A stretch of 64,000 nucleotides of DNA from Anaerolineae bacterium (lineage in GTDB: Bacteria; Chloroflexota; Anaerolineae; Anaerolineales; UBA6663), in contig JBBIQY010000005.1 of NCBI GenBank assembly GCA_037442085.1, positions 715 through 64,714 of the forward strand. The letters are read 5' to 3'. Made by a program: the position numbers and the translations under genes. Shown here one piece after another: positions 49,726 to 59,304 of the stretch. Under the pieces are notes generated by a model. It searched no databases. It saw only the letters and a list, made by a program, of their open reading frames with translations, and was not told the DNA's origin. Each line of letters opens with the position of its first letter. The stretch's first letter is position 1.

Positions 49726-50856
49726 ATGCGTCCGGCTCTCCGATCCTTGCTGCAGGTCTGTGTCCTCGGCGTTGTGGTTGCGACCGCCCTCATTTCCCGA
49801 GTCTTCGGCGAGCCACAACCGCCGCATCGCGTCTTCCTCCCCGCGCTCTTCAGGGACTACACGCCCCCGGCGTTCACCGGCCCGGAGATCCCCTTCGGCT
49901 ACGGCTGGGGCGTGTATGACTGGCGCGCCTACTGGTCGTCGAGCGCGCCCGCCGACCCGACCTCCTTCAACTGGCTGCGCGTCTCGGAGAACCCCGAACC
50001 GCAGTACCTGTGCGGCCCCAACTTTCGCCTGCGTGAAAACGTCCTGTTGCGGCTCAACAAGGCAGACGCCAACGCCACCGCTCAGCAGGTGGCCGACGAC
50101 ACCTTCACCTGGGCGCAGGCGCTCAAAGCCACCCCCTCGCACGCGCGCTGCGTCGAGGCCTTCGAGATCGGCAACGAACCGAATCTCTCGATGACGGGCG
50201 CGTACGGCGGGCCGGTGAACCCGGAGCAGTACGCCGACCAGCTCTGCGCCGCCTACACCGCCGTCAAGAACACCGCTCCCGCGTTCATCGTCGTTTCGGG
50301 CGGCCTGGCGCCCACCGCCGGCCTGCCCGACCCGACGCAGGCGCTCACCGACACCGTCTTCCTGCGCCGGATGCTGGAGCGCATCGCCGCCACACACAAC
50401 GGCGATGCCGGCGCGTGCTTCGATGTGCTCGGTTACCACAACTACGGCTTCCGCACCGGCTACGCCACCGACCCGGCCAGCCCGGCCTGCGTGGACCGCT
50501 CCTGCTTCCGTGGCGTGGAGGACATCTACCGGATCATGCGCGAAGAGTATGGCGTGACGAAGCGCATCTGGGCGACCGAGGTTGGCTGGCTGCGCGACTT
50601 CACGGCGGGCGGCTGCGGCGGCGCACCCTGGGCGTGGGCCTTCGGCGGCTGGCAGCGCAGCGACGCCGACCAGGCGGCTCAACTGGTCGGCGCATTTCAA
50701 TACGCACGCGCCAATTGGCCGTGGCTGGGGGCGATGTTTGTGTTCAACCTCGATTACGACCGGCGCCCACAGGACATCTGCCAGGATGAGCAGGGCTGGT
50801 TCGCGGTGAAGGGCCGCCCGGCGGAGGCGGCGCTGGAGGGGATGGCGAAGCCGTGA
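49726..50856 (+). CDS. Secreted clan GH-A glycoside hydrolase (GH5/GH39-like)
   Basis: Signal peptide, VFLPALFR motif; EIGNEPN acid/base and WATEVGW nucleophile motifs. Confidence 0.7.
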   Translation: MRPALRSLLQVCVLGVVVATALISRVFGEPQPPHRVFLPALFRDYTPPAFTGPEIPFGYGWGVYDWRAYWSSSAPADPTSFNWLRVSENPEPQYLCGPNFRLRENVLLRLNKADANATAQQVADDTFTWAQALKATPSHARCVEAFEIGNEPNLSMTGAYGGPVNPEQYADQLCAAYTAVKNTAPAFIVVSGGLAPTAGLPDPTQALTDTVFLRRMLERIAATHNGDAGACFDVLGYHNYGFRTGYATDPASPACVDRSCFRGVEDIYRIMREEYGVTKRIWATEVGWLRDFTAGGCGGAPWAWAFGGWQRSDADQAAQLVGAFQYARANWPWLGAMFVFNLDYDRRPQDICQDEQGWFAVKGRPAEAALEGMAKP

Positions 50857-50863
50857 GCGGGCT

Positions 50864-50891
50864 TTGCACAACCGCGTCAGTCTGCCATAAT
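50864..50891 (+). promoter_or_regulatory. Candidate promoter of cca (leaderless candidate)
   Basis: TTGCAC (50864-69), 16 nt, TGcCATAAT (50883-91); GTG start 7 nt downstream. Confidence 0.35.
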
Positions 50892-50898
50892 TCCGGCT

Positions 50899-52188
50899 GT
50901 GAACCCGCTCGACCTGGACTTGCACTTGCGCCGCGCGCTGCCGACTGCCCTGCAGGAGCGCCTGGCGCAGATCCGCCGCCTGGCCGAGCGTGGGCCAACG
51001 CCGCTGTACGTGGTCGGCGGCTTTGTACGCGACAGTCTGCTCGGCCTGACGCCGGACGATTTTGATCTGGTGGTGGCGGGCGAAGCGCCTGCCCTGGCCC
51101 GCGCGGCGGCGCACGCGTGGGGCGGCGCGGTCACCGTGCACGCGCCGTTTGCGACGGCCACCTGGCGCACGCCGGAAGGTTTTGATATTGACTTTGCCTC
51201 AACGCGCACCGAGACCTATCCCGCGCCGGCGGCCTTGCCCCTCGTCAGCGCCCCGGCCTCCATCGAAGCCGATCTATTTCGGCGCGACTTCACCATCAAT
51301 GCCATCGCGCTGCGCCTGGACGGGCCGCGCGCCGGTGAATTGCTCGATCCCCACGGCGGCCAGGCCGACCTGGCGGCGCGCGTGGTGCGCGGCCTGCATC
51401 CGCTCAGCTTCCGCGACGACCCGACGCGTCTCTTCCGCGCCGTGCGCTATGAGCAACGCCTGGGCTTCCGCATCGCGCCGGAGACCCTCGCACTCGTGCC
51501 CGCTGCCCCGCTCGACGCTCTCTCCGGTGACCGCCTACGCCACGAGTTCGAGCTGATCTTCCGCGAGCCGAGGGCGACCGCTATGCTGGCGCGGCTGTCC
51601 GAGCTGGGTGTTTTGCAGCGCGTTCACCCCGCTCTGGGCTGGGATGAGCGCGCCGCGCTGATCGCGGAAAGTATCGGTCAGTTGCCCTGGCGCGACTGGC
51701 AACTCGCTGCCGCGCCGGAACCGGACGCTCTGTTTTGGGCGGTGCTGCTGCGCGAGGCCGATGCGGAAGCGGTTGCTTCGGCGCTGGCGCGGCTCAACCT
51801 CAATCGCGCTCAGAGCGACGCCGTGCGTGAGGGTGTCGCGCTGCGCCGCGCCTGGTCGCGTCCGAGCGAGGCGGTGGCGGTGCTGGAGTCGTTCAGCGAA
51901 TTGGGCGTCATTGCCGCGTACGTGGCCCGGCCTGAACTGCGCGACGACCTCAACCAATACCTGTCTCGCTGGCGCTTCGTCCGACCGACCCTGAACGGGG
52001 ATGATCTGATCGCGCGCGGTCTGACCCCCGGCCCGGACTTCAAACGTTGGCTCTGGACTCTGCGCGCCGCCTGGCTGGACGGCGTCGTGACCGATGCCGC
52101 CGGCGAGCAGGCGCTGTTGGCCACTTTCTCAAGCGCAGGACGCTCAACGGTGAACGCGCTCACCGACGACGACCGTTCAACTCGATGA
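50899..52188 (+). CDS. cca: CCA-adding enzyme / poly(A) polymerase-family tRNA nucleotidyltransferase
   Basis: GTG start; YVVGGFVRDSLLG...DFDLVV and RRDFTINAIA motifs. Confidence 0.8.
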   Translation: MNPLDLDLHLRRALPTALQERLAQIRRLAERGPTPLYVVGGFVRDSLLGLTPDDFDLVVAGEAPALARAAAHAWGGAVTVHAPFATATWRTPEGFDIDFASTRTETYPAPAALPLVSAPASIEADLFRRDFTINAIALRLDGPRAGELLDPHGGQADLAARVVRGLHPLSFRDDPTRLFRAVRYEQRLGFRIAPETLALVPAAPLDALSGDRLRHEFELIFREPRATAMLARLSELGVLQRVHPALGWDERAALIAESIGQLPWRDWQLAAAPEPDALFWAVLLREADAEAVASALARLNLNRAQSDAVREGVALRRAWSRPSEAVAVLESFSELGVIAAYVARPELRDDLNQYLSRWRFVRPTLNGDDLIARGLTPGPDFKRWLWTLRAAWLDGVVTDAAGEQALLATFSSAGRSTVNALTDDDRSTR

Positions 52189-52790
52189 CCACCCAACCCG
52201 ATGGCGCCGCGAACATAGAGCCTCCGACCGATACAGCGAAGGACGCCCACCGCTGCGATCACTCCTCTGACCGACCCAACGACCCGCCGGCTGGCGTGAC
52301 CATCCGCTCCATCCAGGAAGCCGACCTGCCGGCGCTGGAGTGGGAGGGGCAGTATCGCCATTACCGCCGCGTTTTTCAACAGACGTTCCAAGACATGCGT
52401 CAGGGCAAACGGCTGATGCTAGCAGCAGCGACCACCCACGAAATCGTCGGCCAGATCTTCATCCAGTTGCAAGGCAGCAACGCCTCTGCGCTGGTGGACG
52501 GCAGACGGCGCGGCTACCTGTACGCGTTGCGCGTCAAGCCGCACTGGCGGCGGCGCGGGATAGGGCGGCAACTCATCACCGCAGCGGAAGCCGAGTTGAC
52601 CAAACGCCGCTACCAGGTGGCCGTCATCGCCGCCGCGAAAACTAATGTCGTCGCGCGCCGCTTCTACGAGCGCCTCGGCTACGCCGTCTTCTCGGAAGAT
52701 CCCGGCTTATGGTATTACACCGATGCCGATGGCAAGCAACAGCGGGTCGAAGAGCCGGCCTGGCTCCTCCAGAAGCGCCTGACTCCGTAG
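52185..52790 (+). CDS. GNAT-family N-acetyltransferase
   Basis: Trimmed to ATG 52185 (ATGA overlap with cca); RVKPHWRRRGIGRQLI acetyl-CoA-binding motif. Confidence 0.75.
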   Translation: MTTQPDGAANIEPPTDTAKDAHRCDHSSDRPNDPPAGVTIRSIQEADLPALEWEGQYRHYRRVFQQTFQDMRQGKRLMLAAATTHEIVGQIFIQLQGSNASALVDGRRRGYLYALRVKPHWRRRGIGRQLITAAEAELTKRRYQVAVIAAAKTNVVARRFYERLGYAVFSEDPGLWYYTDADGKQQRVEEPAWLLQKRLTP

Positions 52791-52825
52791 CACAAGCCCA
52801 CTCCCGCCATTTGTCATTTTTCTAG

Positions 52826-52854
52826 TTGACTTTTGTCACAGGATGCCCTAAACT
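52826..52854 (+). promoter_or_regulatory. Promoter of the LacI-family regulator gene
   Basis: TTGACT (52826-31), 17 nt, TAAACT (52849-54). Confidence 0.5.
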
Positions 52855-52864
52855 GGGGACGCCT

Positions 52865-52878
52865 TGTGACCGGTCACA
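52865..52878. promoter_or_regulatory. LacI-family operator, perfect 14-bp palindrome TGTGACCGGTCACA
   Basis: Perfect dyad about 10 nt downstream of the -10 box and 21 nt upstream of the regulator ATG; resembles symmetric lac operator TGTGAGCGCTCACA. Confidence 0.7.
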
Positions 52879-52898
52879 TCACCGGTTTTTGCTAATTG

Positions 52899-53921
52899 AT
52901 GCCATCCCCAGTACGACCCTCGGCACGGCCCACCATCCGCGATGTGGCCCAGCAGGCTGGCGTCTCCCGGCAGACCGTTTCCCGGGTGATCAACGGCGAT
53001 CCCCGCGTGGCCGCCAGCACCCGCGCCGAGGTCGAGCGCGTTATCGCCGAGATCGGCTTCCGGCCCAACATCATCGCCCGCTCCATGTCGCGCGGGCGCG
53101 CCCACACCCTGGCCTGCCTGGCGCCCAACCTCTCCGATTACACCTTTGCTCGCATCATTGAGGGCGCGGAGGCGGAGGCGCGCCTGCACGGTTACTTTCT
53201 CCTGTCCTCATCCGCGCCGGATGTTCAGGCCTTTGCGGCCCTCATTGATCAGCTCGTGCTGCACCGGCGCGTGGATGGCGTCATGGTCATCAATCCTTAT
53301 GTGGATGATCGCCATAAGCACCTGGCCGAATCGTCGCCTACCTCCTTCATCGGCGCGCGCTCGCGCGACCCGCACATCGGCTCGGTCTCGCTGGACGAGC
53401 GCGGGGCGGCCCGGGCCGCCAGTCGTCACCTGCTTGAACTGGGCCACCGACGCATCGCCGTCATTCACGGCCCACTGGCGGAGGAGAGCGCGCAGGAACG
53501 CCTCTCCGGCTGCCTTTCCATGCTGCGCGAGGCTGGAGCTGAGCCGGACCTGGTCGGCGGCGGCGATTGGTCGGCATCGTCCGGCTATACGGCCATGACC
53601 GCACTGCTGGCGGCGGGCCGGCCCTTCACGGCCTTGTTCGCTCATAATGACCGAATGGCCATTGGTGCGCTGCGCGCCTTGCGCGAAGCGGGGCGGCGTA
53701 TACCGGAAGATGTCTCCGTCATCGGTTTCGACGATATCCCCTTCGCCGCCTATGCCGATCCGCCCCTGACCACAATGCGCCAGGACATGTGGCAGATCGG
53801 CGAAGTGGCGGTGCGCCAGTTGATCCGAGCGGTGGAGCAGCCGGAGCACACGCCGGAGCACCTCAACCTGACTGCCGAGTTGATCGTGCGCCAGTCCACG
53901 GCGCGCGTGATTTCTGATTGA
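52899..53921 (+). CDS. LacI-family transcriptional regulator
   Basis: ATG 52899 (track TTG 52896); HTH TIRDVAQQAGVSRQTVSRVING; periplasmic-binding-fold C-terminus. Confidence 0.9.
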   Translation: MPSPVRPSARPTIRDVAQQAGVSRQTVSRVINGDPRVAASTRAEVERVIAEIGFRPNIIARSMSRGRAHTLACLAPNLSDYTFARIIEGAEAEARLHGYFLLSSSAPDVQAFAALIDQLVLHRRVDGVMVINPYVDDRHKHLAESSPTSFIGARSRDPHIGSVSLDERGAARAASRHLLELGHRRIAVIHGPLAEESAQERLSGCLSMLREAGAEPDLVGGGDWSASSGYTAMTALLAAGRPFTALFAHNDRMAIGALRALREAGRRIPEDVSVIGFDDIPFAAYADPPLTTMRQDMWQIGEVAVRQLIRAVEQPEHTPEHLNLTAELIVRQSTARVISD

Positions 53922-53971
53922 GAGGAGGTGAGGCCCGGTTCAGAGCCGTCATTCAAAAGTACACGCATCGT

Positions 53972-53985
53972 CTCGTCTGGTCACA
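53972..53985. promoter_or_regulatory. Possible second, imperfect operator (right half GGTCACA intact)
   Basis: CTCGTCTGGTCACA, 9/14 identity to the perfect palindrome, 33 nt upstream of the binding-protein ATG. Confidence 0.3.
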
Positions 53986-54017
53986 TTTGTTCACCAACCA
54001 CAAGGAGTAGCCCTTCA

Positions 54018-55391
54018 ATGAAACGCACACTGCTTTGGAAAGTTTTGAGCGGTCTGATGGTTGCGAGCCTGCTGCTGGCGGCCTGCGCCCCGGCGGCTAC
54101 ACCGGCCCCCGCGACCCAGCCGCCGGCCACCACGGCCCCGCAGCCGACCGTGGCCCCCACGACCGCCCCACCGATGGAGATTACGCTCCGCTGGCGCACG
54201 CGCCCGGACAACAAGGAAGAAGCCGACGTCTACGCCGGCATCAGCGATGAGGTGGCTGCGAAGCTCGGCTTCAAGCTGGTCTACGAGCCGGGCGGCACCG
54301 AGACCGCCGGTTACCAGGACCAGCTCATCACGGAAGTCCAGGGCGGCACGGCGCCGGACGTGTTCTGGATCCCCGGCACGGATGTGGCCCGCTTCGCCAA
54401 GGGTGGATACATCCTCAACCTGGCCGACGTGGCCAAGGGCTTCGACCCGGGCGCCTTCTACCCCGGCCCGATGTTCCACCTGACCTTCAACCCGCAGACC
54501 GGCCAGTCCGGCAAGGACAGCGGCGCGCTCTGGGGCCTGCCCCGCGACGTCTCGACGTTCGTGCTGTACCTTAACCTGGACCTGCTGAATGAGGCCGGCG
54601 CACAGGATCCGCGCGAGCTGGCCAAGGCCGGCAACTGGAACTGGGACACCTTCGCCGAGGTGACTGCCAAGGTGGCCCAGCTCGGTGGCGGGAAGTTCGG
54701 TTACGGCGCGTCCAACTGGTGGGGGCCCTACGGCGTGTGGGTCAACGCCGCCGGCGGCAACTTCTTCTCCGCCGATCGCTCGAGCTGTGCGATGAATACG
54801 CCCGAGGCCAAGGTCGGCCTGGAGTTCATGCGGAAGATCTACAGCGAACCCGGCTGGGCCGTGCCTTACGGTGATGACGCCGAGGCCGCCTTCCGCGCCG
54901 GCAATGTCGCCATGTTCCAGAACGGCCGCTGGGCCACCCCCGGCGTCCGCACCGTCACCTTCAAATACGACGCTGTCGAACTGCCCAACGGCCCGGCGGG
55001 CACGCCCGGCAACTGGCTGTTCTGGGGCGCGTATGTCGTCAACGCCAAGACGAAATATCCCGAGGAGGCCTGGAAACTGGTGCAGGCCCTGACCGAGGCC
55101 GACATCCAGGGCAAGATTTCGTCGCGGGGCACCAACATCCCGAGCCGCGTCAGCAAAGAAGCGCTGGATGCCTTCCTGACCTTCACCCCGCCGGCGAACG
55201 CCCAGGCGTTCCTCAACGGCATCGCCGACGCCGCTAAGCCGACTGCGGAAGGCCCGCTCTGGGCCGGCAACTGGCCGGCGGTGGACCAGGTGTACGGCGC
55301 AGGTGTGACCGCGGTCGTCACCGGCCAACGCACCGTGGACGACTTCATCGCCAAGATCTGCGACGAAGCCGCGCCCGGCTTCAAGCCGTAA
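54018..55391 (+). CDS. ABC sugar transporter substrate-binding lipoprotein (CUT1-type)
   Basis: Trimmed to ATG 54018 after GGAG; lipobox LLLAAC followed by Pro/Thr/Ala-rich linker. Confidence 0.85.
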   Translation: MKRTLLWKVLSGLMVASLLLAACAPAATPAPATQPPATTAPQPTVAPTTAPPMEITLRWRTRPDNKEEADVYAGISDEVAAKLGFKLVYEPGGTETAGYQDQLITEVQGGTAPDVFWIPGTDVARFAKGGYILNLADVAKGFDPGAFYPGPMFHLTFNPQTGQSGKDSGALWGLPRDVSTFVLYLNLDLLNEAGAQDPRELAKAGNWNWDTFAEVTAKVAQLGGGKFGYGASNWWGPYGVWVNAAGGNFFSADRSSCAMNTPEAKVGLEFMRKIYSEPGWAVPYGDDAEAAFRAGNVAMFQNGRWATPGVRTVTFKYDAVELPNGPAGTPGNWLFWGAYVVNAKTKYPEEAWKLVQALTEADIQGKISSRGTNIPSRVSKEALDAFLTFTPPANAQAFLNGIADAAKPTAEGPLWAGNWPAVDQVYGAGVTAVVTGQRTVDDFIAKICDEAAPGFKP

Positions 55392-55403
55392 ATCTGTGAG
55401 TGT

Positions 55404-55440
55404 GAGCGGGGCGGGCGGCAAGACGGCGCCCGCCCCGCTC
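55404..55440 (+). other. GC-rich intercistronic hairpin after the binding-protein gene
   Basis: 14-bp stem GAGCGGGGCGGGCG/CGCCCGCCCCGCTC; no U tract; typical position for an mRNA-stabilising stem in ABC operons. Confidence 0.5.
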
Positions 55441-55458
55441 ATTTGGGAGGCGCGCCCT

Positions 55459-57138
55459 ATGGCCACTCTCTCGACCACTGCGCCACTGGCAGCGCCCGGC
55501 CGCAGTGGGTTACGCTGGATCATTCTCTGGCATGTTACGCTGGGCCTGGTTCTGGCCGGCGGCGCACTGTTTGCTTCGATGGATGCGACGCTGGCCGCGC
55601 AGGGGCCGGCGCTGCACTATGGCGCCGCCGCGTTGTTGGGGTTGGGGGCACTGGCGAGCTTCTACGCCGCCTGGCAGCTGGCGCAGCGGCGCCCGGCGGG
55701 CCGGGTTGCGGCGGTGCTGGTGAACTACCTGTTCGCCGTGCTGGCCGTGCTGGTTTCCCTGCACTGGCTGGGCGTCTATCTCGGTATTGACGCGCTCGCC
55801 AACACCTTTGGGCGCGGCCTGCCGGGGCTGGGCCTCGTCTTCCTCGGCTACCTGATCAGCGCCTCTGCCGACCGCTTCGAGGGCACGGCGCGTGAGCGCG
55901 CCCCGCGCGAGCTGGGGCGTTGGGTGATGGCGGCCGGCCTGCTCGTATTCCTGTTTTTCATTGATACGCTCGCCGGCCTTGTCTGGCTCGTGGGGCAACT
56001 GGCGGCCCAGCCGCTGACGGTGGGCGTGCTGCTGCTGGCCGGCGTCAGCATCGTCATGCTGCGCCTGGCCTGGAGCCGGGCCACCGCCGAAGCGCTACAC
56101 GCCAGCCACATGCAGGATGAGCTGCTCAACGGCTACGTCTTCCTCTCGCCGAACTTATTGGGCTTCCTGATCTTCTTTGCCGGGCCGCTGCTGCTGTCGC
56201 TCTACATCAGCACCACCACCACACGCGGCGCGGAACGCGATATCTTTGTCGGCCTGGACAATTACGCGCGCCTCTTCAACGTCACCCTCCAGCCGCTCAG
56301 CGGGCCGGACCAGCCTGCGCGCGAAGTCGTGGACGTCTCGCGCTACACCGAATCGTTCCGCTTCCAGATCGGCGACCGGCATTACCTGGTCGCGGCGCAG
56401 GCCCCGCGCTTCTGGGTGGCGTTGCGTAACACCTTGACGTTTGTCTTTCTGGCCGTGCCGCTCAGCGTCATCCCGGCCCTCGTCCTGGCGACGGTGCTCA
56501 ACAGCAAACTGCCGGGCATGGCCTTCTTCCGCGCCATCTACTTCATCCCCAGCATCGCCGCCGTCGTCGGCATCGCTCTCGTCTGGCGCTGGATGTACGA
56601 TAGCACCACCGGCTGGATCAACTACTTCATCACGCTGGCGGTGGACTTCCGCACGGCCCTCGGCTTCCCGATGGCCGACCCGCGCATCCAGTGGCTGAAC
56701 AACACCAACACTGCCCTGCTGGCCGTGGTGTTCATGGCGGTCTGGCAGACCACCGGTTTCAACAGCGTGCTCTTCCTGGCCGGCCTGCAGAACGTGCCGG
56801 GCGAGCTGTACGAGGCCGCCACCGTGGACGGCGCCGGCACGCTCTCCAAGTTCTTCAGCATCACCCTGCCGCTGCTTGCGCCGACCACCTTCTTCGTGGT
56901 CAGCACCACCACCATCGCCGCGCTGCAGGTCTTCGAGCAGGTGTACATCCTGACGAACCCACCCGGCTCGCCGTCCGACTCGACATTGACGCTGGTGCTG
57001 TACCTGTATCAGGAAGGTTTCAACCAGTTCGACTTCGGTTTTGCTTCGGCGGTCGCCTGGGTGCTGTTCGCCGTCATCTTCGCCTTCACCCTGGTTCAGT
57101 TCCAGCGCAACCGCCAGTCCAGCCTGTACGAAGGGTAG
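55459..57138 (+). CDS. ABC sugar permease (MalF/BPD type) with about 250-aa extra N-terminal polytopic region
   Basis: ATG 55459 after GGGAGG; C-terminal half has permease EAA-type region (EAATVDGAGTLSKFFSITLP). Confidence 0.8.
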   Translation: MATLSTTAPLAAPGRSGLRWIILWHVTLGLVLAGGALFASMDATLAAQGPALHYGAAALLGLGALASFYAAWQLAQRRPAGRVAAVLVNYLFAVLAVLVSLHWLGVYLGIDALANTFGRGLPGLGLVFLGYLISASADRFEGTARERAPRELGRWVMAAGLLVFLFFIDTLAGLVWLVGQLAAQPLTVGVLLLAGVSIVMLRLAWSRATAEALHASHMQDELLNGYVFLSPNLLGFLIFFAGPLLLSLYISTTTTRGAERDIFVGLDNYARLFNVTLQPLSGPDQPAREVVDVSRYTESFRFQIGDRHYLVAAQAPRFWVALRNTLTFVFLAVPLSVIPALVLATVLNSKLPGMAFFRAIYFIPSIAAVVGIALVWRWMYDSTTGWINYFITLAVDFRTALGFPMADPRIQWLNNTNTALLAVVFMAVWQTTGFNSVLFLAGLQNVPGELYEAATVDGAGTLSKFFSITLPLLAPTTFFVVSTTTIAALQVFEQVYILTNPPGSPSDSTLTLVLYLYQEGFNQFDFGFASAVAWVLFAVIFAFTLVQFQRNRQSSLYEG

Positions 57139-57144
57139 GCCGTC

Positions 57145-58371
57145 ATGAGCTACCGTCTGTTCCAACTGCTGCAGAATGTCCTGATCTACCTCGTGCTGAC
57201 CGTCTTCGGCCTGGTAATGCTCTTCCCCTTCATCGTGATGCTGACGACTTCGCTCAAAGAAGCCGCTGACACCTTCAGCTATCCGCCGCGCCTGTTGCCG
57301 CAGGATGCGCAGACCGTCACCGTCGCCGGCTTCAACGACCCGCTGCCCCTGTATGACGTGCCGGCAGACGCGCCCAACGGCGGGCAGACGCGCCGCCTGG
57401 CGCTGGCCGGCCGCGACGCACGCGTGGGCGTGTACGCCGAGCCGGGCAACCTGACCCAGACTTACGAACGTTCTCTGCGTGATGTGTCCCCCGCCGGCGG
57501 CGCGCTCAACCAAAAGACCGTCACGCTGAACGGAAAGACGGAGAAGCTCTGGGTGATCGTGGAAAACGGACAACAGCTTGAGGTGGTGCAACTCGAGCAG
57601 AAGGCGTTGGGCCGCTTTATAGACCCGGCCAACCCCGAAGCCGAACCTGTCATCTTCGATGTCCGGGCCGCGCACCCCGTCACCACGCTCACCTGGCACC
57701 CGGAGAATTACCAGCGCGTGATCGCGCTCGGCGGGCTGGACCGCAGCCTGACCAACACCATCCTGGTGACGCTGGCGGTGGTGGCCGGGCAGCTGGTCAC
57801 CTCGGTGCTGGGCGGCTATGCCTTCGCGCGTCTGCGCTTCCCGGGCCGTGACAATCTCTTCCTGGTGTATCTGGGCACGATCATGATCCCGTTCGTGGTG
57901 CTCATCATCCCGCTCTACCGGCTGATGGTGACGATTGGCTGGGTGGACCACCTGGCCGCGCTCATCCTGCCGTGGATCTTCACCGCCTATGGCACCTTCC
58001 TGATGCGCCAGTTCTTCATCACCATCCCGAAGGAGCTGGAGGAGGCGGCGCTGATTGACGGCGCTTCGCGGCTGGAGATCCTGCGGCGGATCTTCATCCC
58101 GGCCAGCGTGCCCGCCATCGCCACGCAGGCCACCTTCACTTTTCTGTATGCTTGGAACAGTTTCGTCTGGCCGCTGGTCATCATCAACACCGGCAACGAG
58201 GCCAACCATGTGCTCACCCTCTCGCTCAGCATCCTGCGCGGCCGCGCCACCGAAGCGCCCAACCTGATCCTGGCCGGGGCTGCCATCTCGGTCCTCCCGC
58301 CGCTCATCGTCTTCCTCTTCGCGCAACGCTTCTACATCGAGAGCGTGACGAGCAGCGGCGTCAAGGGCTGA
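57145..58371 (+). CDS. ABC sugar permease (MalG type) with about 130-aa extracytoplasmic insert after TM1
   Basis: EEAALIDGASRLEILRRIFIP EAA loop; 408 aa. Confidence 0.8.
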   Translation: MSYRLFQLLQNVLIYLVLTVFGLVMLFPFIVMLTTSLKEAADTFSYPPRLLPQDAQTVTVAGFNDPLPLYDVPADAPNGGQTRRLALAGRDARVGVYAEPGNLTQTYERSLRDVSPAGGALNQKTVTLNGKTEKLWVIVENGQQLEVVQLEQKALGRFIDPANPEAEPVIFDVRAAHPVTTLTWHPENYQRVIALGGLDRSLTNTILVTLAVVAGQLVTSVLGGYAFARLRFPGRDNLFLVYLGTIMIPFVVLIIPLYRLMVTIGWVDHLAALILPWIFTAYGTFLMRQFFITIPKELEEAALIDGASRLEILRRIFIPASVPAIATQATFTFLYAWNSFVWPLVIINTGNEANHVLTLSLSILRGRATEAPNLILAGAAISVLPPLIVFLFAQRFYIESVTSSGVKG

Positions 58372-58386
58372 GGTTGAGTTGAAGTC

Positions 58387-58467
58387 GAAAGGGTGAACGG
58401 GTGATGGGATAAAAGGGTGAGGCTGGACTGAACCGAGTCCGTCACCTCGTCACCCCTTCGCCCTTTC
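58387..58467. repeat. Palindromic GGGTGA-word element between permease and HAD genes
   Basis: GAAAGGGTGAACGGGTGA (58387-404) vs reverse complement of TCACCCCTTCGCCCTTTC (58450-67), 16/18; central hairpin GGACT/AGTCC 58425-40. Confidence 0.6.
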
Positions 58468-58479
58468 ACCTGCTCCCCA

Positions 58480-59301
58480 ATGACCCCCTCCCGTTTCTAC
58501 CGCGCCTACATCTTCGACCTGGACGGCACGGTCTATCTCGGCGATGCGCTTCTGCCGACCGCCGGCGAGACCATCACCCGGCTGCGTCAACGCGGCGCAC
58601 GCACCCTCTTCCTCAGCAACAACCCCACCCACACGCGCGAGGCCTATGCCCGGAAACTCACCCGCCTCGGCTTGCCGACGCCGGTCGAGGATATCCTCAA
58701 CTCGTCGCTGGTGATGGTGGATTTCCTCAAGGCGCACCTGCCGCAGGCGCGGCTGTTCGTTATCGGCGAGCCGCCGCTGATGGAGGCTCTGCGCGCGGCG
58801 GGCTTCGAGCTGGTGGAGGACGCCGTGCAGACCGACGCCGTGATCGCCAGCTTCGACCGCACGTTTGTCTATCGCAAGCTGCAGATCGCCTTCGACGCCA
58901 TCCGCGCCGGGGCGCGCTTCTTTGCCACCAACGGCGACCGCTACTGCCCGGTGCCCGGCGGCGGTGAGCCGGACGCGGCCGCCATCATCGCCGCCATCGA
59001 AGCCTGCACCAACGTCAAGTGCGAGGCCATCGTCGGCAAGCCCTCGCGCTATACCATTGACGCCGTGCTTAATCTGGTAAAGTTGCCCGCGCATGAGTGT
59101 GTGATGACGGGCGACCGGCTGGAGACCGACGTGAAGATGGGCCTGGACGCAGGCATGTCCGCTGCGCTGGTCCTCACCGGCGCGACGACGGAGGCCGCCT
59201 TCGCCCAGCGAAAGGCGCACGCCCAATCCGACATCCAACCCACCTACGTGCTCCGCAGGTTGGGAGACCTGATCCCCGAGGGAGAAGGCAGTGGGAAATA
59301 G
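58480..59301 (+). CDS. HAD-superfamily subfamily IIA phosphatase (NagD-like)
   Basis: YIFDLDGTVYLG motif I; LSNNP; GDRLETD motif IV. Confidence 0.8.
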   Translation: MTPSRFYRAYIFDLDGTVYLGDALLPTAGETITRLRQRGARTLFLSNNPTHTREAYARKLTRLGLPTPVEDILNSSLVMVDFLKAHLPQARLFVIGEPPLMEALRAAGFELVEDAVQTDAVIASFDRTFVYRKLQIAFDAIRAGARFFATNGDRYCPVPGGGEPDAAAIIAAIEACTNVKCEAIVGKPSRYTIDAVLNLVKLPAHECVMTGDRLETDVKMGLDAGMSAALVLTGATTEAAFAQRKAHAQSDIQPTYVLRRLGDLIPEGEGSGK

Positions 59302-59304
59302 CCG

